From NCBI GenBank assembly GCA_044236265.1, contig JBIIGV010000092.1, positions 1 to 11,500 on the forward strand: a stretch of DNA of 11,500 nt, in the 5' to 3' direction. This document shows, one piece after another, positions 6,818-11,500 of the stretch (the first letter of the stretch is position 1; each line of letters opens with the position of its first letter). The notes under the pieces are model-generated. The model did not search any database and was not told the DNA's origin. It worked only from the letters and a program-made list of their open reading frames with translations. This DNA comes from Oligoflexales bacterium. GTDB taxonomy: Bacteria; Bdellovibrionota_B; Oligoflexia; Oligoflexales; RGVZ01. A program made the translations under genes and the position numbers.

Positions 6818-7037
6818 AAATCCTCCTTCACTGGATTGAGGACAAAGGAATAATGATCCCAGTCCCGTGCAACAGAGGAGCCCCTCCCTGGGAATCCTCT
6901 TTAGAACCACTTCGAAAACAGAAAACGATATAAATGCTTGATTAAGGGAAAAGGTTAGCGGGAAATTTCTACCTAGTAAAGAGGCAAAGTTGGATGGCGG
7001 GCCAAAATGTACAAATGCTGTTCAGATCGCCATAGGG

Positions 7038-7712
7038 CTAGCGTGCAAAGCCCTTGAGTAGGGTTCCCTGAAAATGCACGCACGGCAAGACTGCCGTGTC
7101 AGGCATAAGGATCGAACCCGGTGACAGTACACTGTTGCAGCCGGTTTGAGCCCTGTCGCCCATGATAGCGCTCATTTTACGTAGGCCGGTAGAGATCAAG
7201 TCCCCAGTAATTGGGTGTTTGACCTTAACTTCAGTGCCCTTGAGCTTGAGATTTGCCAGTTTTGTGCCGGCTCCTAGGTTGACGGAGCGCCCCAGGAAGG
7301 AGTCCCCCACGTAGGCAAAGTGTCCTGCTTTTGCGTCATCGAGAAATACGGCTCCTTTCACTTCTGAGGTATGCCCCACAACCGCTTTTGCTCCAATCCA
7401 TGCGTTGCCGCGGATGTAGGCCGCATGTCGGATTTCTGAATCTGGTCCAATGATGCATGGACCCTGGATGTACGCAGTTGGCTCAATAGTCGCACCGGCA
7501 GCAACATAGACACGACCAGATATAAACGCCGCAGGATGGGCGTTGCCCAGTATTTTCGGGGTGTCCTTCACGCCAAGTTCGTCTAGCACTTGGTTCAACC
7601 AGGTCTCTAAGTTCTTGCCCAGATAGTCTAAAATCGATTGCCCCGTAAATTTGTCAGATAGCCAAATCGAATTGGTATCCGCAAAAAGATCAAGTGGTAA
7701 CAGGTTTGACAT
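7038..7712 (-). CDS. Stand-alone GlmU C-terminal-like hexapeptide-repeat (left-handed beta-helix) acyltransferase
   Basis: 224 aa with hexapeptide repeats (VYVAAG-ATIEPT-AYIQGP-CIIGPD-SEIRHA-AYIRGN-AWIGAK-AVVGHT). GlmU acetyltransferase-site motifs HFAYVGDS and VNLGAGTKLAN, plus GLRKMSAIMGD..QTGCNSVLSPG. No nucleotidyltransferase domain. Confidence 0.85.
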   Translation of the reverse strand: MSNLLPLDLFADTNSIWLSDKFTGQSILDYLGKNLETWLNQVLDELGVKDTPKILGNAHPAAFISGRVYVAAGATIEPTAYIQGPCIIGPDSEIRHAAYIRGNAWIGAKAVVGHTSEVKGAVFLDDAKAGHFAYVGDSFLGRSVNLGAGTKLANLKLKGTEVKVKHPITGDLISTGLRKMSAIMGDRAQTGCNSVLSPGSILMPDTAVLPCVHFQGTLLKGFAR

Positions 7713-7843
7713 AAATATAAATCCGACTTCAAAAAGGGTTGCCTGCTAAAGGGCCGGTAAAACTTACCGACTCTCACTTTGAGGCTCGTAATGCGCAGAC
7801 TCATTTCTGTCGCCCAAAACGAACTCCTGAAAGGACGATCTTA

Positions 7844-8071
7844 ATGTTTGATACGAATAAATTCAAACGATCAGTGAAAGAGTGGTCGCGCGAAAATCCA
7901 AATGGAACTCTCGAAGAGCTGGTCGACTTCTGTGAAGAGTTAATACCGCCCGCGCAATTTAATAATTACGGATGGCTAGTGGAGCAAAGCGCAGGTTGGT
8001 ATCAGCATGTATTGAATACGCGTCGAGCGCATTCAGCAATGGATTATAGCGATCAAGAAGACGTCGCTTAA
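7844..8071 (+). CDS. Small hypothetical protein (75 aa, helical)
   Basis: Start reassigned to ATG 7844, which has an AAGGA RBS at 7831-7835. The sequence MFDTNKFKRSVKEWSRENPNGTLEELVDFCEELIP... is protein-like and amphipathic, and fills the intergenic gap. Confidence 0.75.
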   Translation: MFDTNKFKRSVKEWSRENPNGTLEELVDFCEELIPPAQFNNYGWLVEQSAGWYQHVLNTRRAHSAMDYSDQEDVA

Positions 8072-8088
8072 CTCGATACTTTAAATTC

Positions 8089-8505
8089 TCAGGGTGTTTC
8101 GATTCCGTGTGCGATACCCTTGATTCTTGAGAATTCTGTCTCTTTAATCATGTCTAATGCTTCAAAATCCTCAAAACCAAGATCATCAATCCAATTGACG
8201 TTAAGCATTTCCGGTAGTGGATTTGCGCACTCCCGCCCATCATCCAGTTCGTAACATTCATACGCTTCAAGAATTTTTCCTGACTTGGTCATGCGATAGT
8301 AATGATAACCATCACCATTCACAAGCGCACCGTCTCGGCTGTCGCCGGTCCAGTATTCACGAGCAAAAACCAACTCTTCTTGCCCCGCGCTTTTAATGTC
8401 AATGATCTTTCGATCGACTGATTTTTTCGGGAGAGTCGAGCTTGTTGGCTTGTCAGATTTTCCTGCTGGTTTCTTTGGAGAACTCATTCGGTTTCTTAAC
8501 TCCAT
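8089..8505 (-). CDS. Hypothetical protein (basic disordered N-terminus plus acidic/aromatic globular domain)
   Basis: 138 aa; alternative start at ATG 8487. Core sequence REYWTGDSRDGALVNGDGYHYY...AYECYELDDG...WIDDLGFEDFE. No competing long ORF. Confidence 0.8.
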   Translation of the reverse strand: MELRNRMSSPKKPAGKSDKPTSSTLPKKSVDRKIIDIKSAGQEELVFAREYWTGDSRDGALVNGDGYHYYRMTKSGKILEAYECYELDDGRECANPLPEMLNVNWIDDLGFEDFEALDMIKETEFSRIKGIAHGIETP

Positions 8506-8626
8506 GGCAGATCCAGACTCTATTATCTAATCAATTGTGACAGCGGTCAATTTTCACCAGAAATCACAGGCACTTTCGGCAAGGCCCAGAAATTAAATAA
8601 AATTAATCCTGTTTTGCGTGATTATT

Positions 8627-9409
8627 CTAAGAGTCTAGCCATTTGCCGAAGCGGTCAAATCGAAGTCGGGGGAAAAATTCACCCTTAGGTGTCCAGATGC
8701 TCCAAACTACAAACAGTGCTTTGCCTCGCACATAGGATAGAGGCACCTCACCCCAAACTCTAGAGTCACTGGAGTTGTCACGATTGTCCCCTATACAAAA
8801 GACGCTGCCTTCTGGCACCAAAGCTGGCTTGCCGTCGACGTCAGGCCACCATGCCCTCGTTGCTCGGCGAAAGTCAGGTTTGTTTTGCATAACCCAGTGA
8901 TCAAGGCCTTCAAGGCTTTCGCGGTACAAAAGCTTATATTCCTGTTCGTCAACAATATCGTCCAGAACCGTGCGATCCTGATTGTGATCTAGACGGTTCT
9001 GTGCAACTCCGTTGATGTAAAGGACGTCATCTTTTAGCTGGATCTGATCGCCTGCAACTGCAACCACTCGTTTTACGTAGTCGATATCGGGATCCCGCGG
9101 GTATTTGAATACAATAATATCGCCGCGCTTAGGCGTTCCCCAGGAGACAACAGCCGTGTCAGTGAAAGGTATTTTAAAATCATAAGCCAGCTTCCACGCT
9201 AGCAGCCGGTCGCCAACCTTGATTGTCGGCTCCATGGATGATGTTGGAACATAATAGGGTGAAGCCACACTCCAGCGAACGCAAAACACAATTAAAATCA
9301 GGATGCCGAAGCTTTTCAGGCTCTCAAAACTAAACATTCCCGGCTTTTCATCGGGAGTAGGACTTTGTGTGGTGGTCGTACTGGTCGGTGATTCTGATTC
9401 AGTCGTCAT
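8627..9409 (-). CDS. lepB: Signal peptidase I
   Basis: One N-terminal TM helix. Catalytic Ser box VPTSSMEPTI..GD, RGDIIVF, catalytic Lys in DYVKRVV, and GDNRDNSSDSRVWG. ATG 9409 is preferred over the track's TTG 9433; the start is uncertain. Confidence 0.96.
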   Translation of the reverse strand: MTTESESPTSTTTTQSPTPDEKPGMFSFESLKSFGILILIVFCVRWSVASPYYVPTSSMEPTIKVGDRLLAWKLAYDFKIPFTDTAVVSWGTPKRGDIIVFKYPRDPDIDYVKRVVAVAGDQIQLKDDVLYINGVAQNRLDHNQDRTVLDDIVDEQEYKLLYRESLEGLDHWVMQNKPDFRRATRAWWPDVDGKPALVPEGSVFCIGDNRDNSSDSRVWGEVPLSYVRGKALFVVWSIWTPKGEFFPRLRFDRFGKWLDS

Positions 9410-9598
9410 GGGACTTTCTTTCCAGATGATCAAGGGGGGTGAAAAGACCGCTTGAAGAATAACACAATAAAGACTCTTTTTGCCATTAATCTTTAGGGTC
9501 TGCGCGGATAGACAGGGGGTTGTGTTTTTGGGGAGCTCATGAGTCGCTCTCCAATGGCCGATGACTAAAGATATGGTTGGAGATGGGGTGGCCTCAGC

Positions 9599-9901
9599 GT
9601 GATGATGAAAGTTTATTCATCTTTGTTAATCGTATTTTTATCCTTCCTGGGAGGCGGTCAAGCTCGGGCATTGACGGCTAATCAGGTTACATTTCAATTC
9701 CTCAGTAACGGGAAATATCGCGTCAACCTATATTATACAGTGCCAGCCCTTAAGGAATTCCGTGAGGCTTACGTTGAGTTTGATGACAGGAAACGCGCTG
9801 AAGCTTTTTATTTCGACGTGCTGCGCGGAGCCGATTTTTTCTTGGAAGACGAACCGCAAACCAAATTTGTAAATGAGCCCATGGCTCCTAGTCCTTGGTG
9901 A
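9599..9901 (+). CDS. Small secreted hypothetical protein
   Basis: About 100 aa; start could be 9599, 9602 or 9605. Sec signal peptide ends in ARA. The mature part has alternating beta-strand patterns (VTFQF, YRVNLYY, AYVEF) and a helix. Confidence 0.8.
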   Translation: MMMKVYSSLLIVFLSFLGGGQARALTANQVTFQFLSNGKYRVNLYYTVPALKEFREAYVEFDDRKRAEAFYFDVLRGADFFLEDEPQTKFVNEPMAPSPW

Positions 9902-9922
9902 AGCGATCTTCTATTTTTCCAA

Positions 9923-10900
9923 TCATGAGTTTTTTACGTGATTCAGGGCATCATCACTAATCACAGCCCCAACTCTCGAAATGACATCACTGGCTAGCGT
10001 TGCGGCGATTTTTCCACACGTAGCAAGATCGCGGCCTTTCAAGAACCCGTGCAAAAATCCTGCGGCAAACATGTCACCAGCTGCCGTCGTGTCAACAACT
10101 TTGGTGGGTACAGGGCTGATTCGGAATTCTTCTTTGCCCTTAACCACCAAGGCGCCATCTGCACCTAGTTTCACAACCGCAATTGAACCCGTAGCAGCGA
10201 TTCGTCTAGCCGTTTCTTCTGGAGAGGTTTGAAATAGCAGTTTTGCCTCCTCGCGGTTGGCGAAAACAATATCAGCCTCGGCCTCAATCAGAGCGATAAA
10301 GTCACTGCGATTGCGATCAACAACAAACGGGTCTGCCAAATCAAAAGAGATGATGGTGTTGTGCTTATGAGCTGTTTCTATAGAGCTTTTTAACGCGCGT
10401 TTTTGATCCTCGGTATCCCACTGGTATCCGCAGAAATGAAAAACGTGGGACTCGGCGATCTCTTTGTGAGGTATATGCGTCGCGTCGTAAAGCCGGCTTG
10501 CTCCCAAATTCGTATTCATGGTTCGTTCGCCGTCGGGCGTGATCAATATCAGACAGGTACCTGTGCTTTCCTCACCATGGCCGCCCAGGAAAGATTTGAT
10601 GCCCAGGGATTCCATACGCTCGCGAATTCGTCGACCATACTCGTCATCATTGACCATCCCAGCAAAAACGGTTTTGTGTCCGAGGCTCGCTAGGGTTCTG
10701 ATGGCATTCATGGAGCTGCCGCCAAGCTCGGTCACTTTCTTCTTTGTGCCGAATTGGGCAAGGACTTCGCGCTGACGCTGGCTATCAACGAGATGCATCA
10801 CGCCTTTGGTGAGTCCAAGTCGTTTAATGTCTGCATCCTCAATTTCAATCAAAACGTCCATCAATGCATTGCAAACGCTAGTAATATCATAAGTCTTCAT
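9923..10900 (-). CDS. PfkB-family carbohydrate/nucleoside kinase (adenosine-kinase-like)
   Basis: 325 aa with motifs NALMD, GGSSMN, TGTCLILITPDGERTMNTNLGAS, FANREE and VVDTTAAGDMFAAGFLHG. GGAG RBS upstream. Confidence 0.93.
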   Translation of the reverse strand: MKTYDITSVCNALMDVLIEIEDADIKRLGLTKGVMHLVDSQRQREVLAQFGTKKKVTELGGSSMNAIRTLASLGHKTVFAGMVNDDEYGRRIRERMESLGIKSFLGGHGEESTGTCLILITPDGERTMNTNLGASRLYDATHIPHKEIAESHVFHFCGYQWDTEDQKRALKSSIETAHKHNTIISFDLADPFVVDRNRSDFIALIEAEADIVFANREEAKLLFQTSPEETARRIAATGSIAVVKLGADGALVVKGKEEFRISPVPTKVVDTTAAGDMFAAGFLHGFLKGRDLATCGKIAATLASDVISRVGAVISDDALNHVKNS

Positions 10901-10932
10901 AGTGGTAGTCTCCGGAGGATGAGGCGCAAAGA

Positions 10933-11475
10933 TTAGCTCGCCTCGCGAGAATTGTCACGGAGTTCTGAAGGGTGTTTTGACTTGAGTGGTGAGTGGCTCA
11001 TTTGCTCTGCGTAAAGGCTAGCCAGTCGCGTCTTGAGTTGAGAAAATTCTTCTGTTATTTCAGCGTTTTCTTTCCTCAAAAGCCAAGCATTCCAAAAGCC
11101 GCAGGTTATCGCGAGAACTATCCATGATTCAGGCCTGTAAAGGCTAACGAAGGCCCAGAAAAACGCAGCCGTCAGCATGGCTAGACGAGTAAAGCCAATA
11201 AACCGTGGTCCACACCAACGGCTTCCGGATTGACGCAAATGCCGTAGATAAAGCGCACCGACAAGCAAGGCAACGGGAAGGTTTGCAGCCCGCCAGGCAA
11301 AGACTAATCCGTAGATTTCTCCTAGAATGGATGCTGACGTAATCATGCACATGAGCACCAGAGCGCGCTGACGTCTTTGACGCTGCGCCCAAGAAAGAAT
11401 GGCGGCCGGGCTATAAGAGTGCAGGATCAGCGTGGCAATAAGACTACACACAGCAACCCAGTAGGTGTGGGTCAT
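10933..11475 (-). CDS. Hypothetical integral membrane protein with C-terminal coiled-coil
   Basis: 180 aa with about 5 hydrophobic segments separated by Arg-rich loops. C-terminal heptad-like EITEEFSQLKTRLASL. AGGA RBS; 32 nt upstream of and co-oriented with the PfkB gene. Confidence 0.75.
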   Translation of the reverse strand: MTHTYWVAVCSLIATLILHSYSPAAILSWAQRQRRQRALVLMCMITSASILGEIYGLVFAWRAANLPVALLVGALYLRHLRQSGSRWCGPRFIGFTRLAMLTAAFFWAFVSLYRPESWIVLAITCGFWNAWLLRKENAEITEEFSQLKTRLASLYAEQMSHSPLKSKHPSELRDNSREAS

Positions 11476-11500
11476 TTTATCCTGCCTTTGCTCGCGCCTG

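Noticed and set aside
6818..6910. 31-aa N-terminal extension of the S8 peptidase
   Set aside because: ATG 6817 has a perfect AAGGAGG RBS and places the signal peptide at the N-terminus.
1..11500. CRISPR array, tRNA/rRNA, known riboswitch, prophage or defence system
   Set aside because: By eye I found no regularly spaced direct repeats, cloverleaf or rRNA signatures, riboswitch consensus, or phage/defence protein motifs. An Infernal/Rfam scan would be needed to exclude ncRNAs formally.

Overview
An 11.5-kb, mid-GC bacterial chromosomal window. The style of the lipoproteins and the subtilase tail suggest Bdellovibrionota/Oligoflexia; this is an inference from recalled family features, not a search result. 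The window opens with the 3' end and right terminus of an IS3-family insertion sequence that the ORF track missed (1-114). Then come a DUF6279-like lipoprotein, an EamA/DMT transporter, and a desaturase closely resembling cyanobacterial/plastid DesA/FAD6 (delta-12). Next is an unusual 441-aa lipoprotein, convergent with a secreted S8 subtilase that has an Ig-like domain, a Gly10 linker and a Cys4 tail; each gene has its own intrinsic terminator. The right half holds a stand-alone GlmU-like left-handed beta-helix acyltransferase, two small hypothetical proteins, signal peptidase I (lepB), a small secreted protein, a PfkB/adenosine-kinase-like kinase and a membrane protein. The best candidate for something undescribed is the 3448-4773 lipoprotein. 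It appears to be a degenerate anthrax-lethal-factor/PPEP-like metalloprotease domain, an acidic linker ending in SFNLA, and a 93-aa tail with 17 basic and no acidic residues that resembles an antimicrobial or membrane-active peptide.
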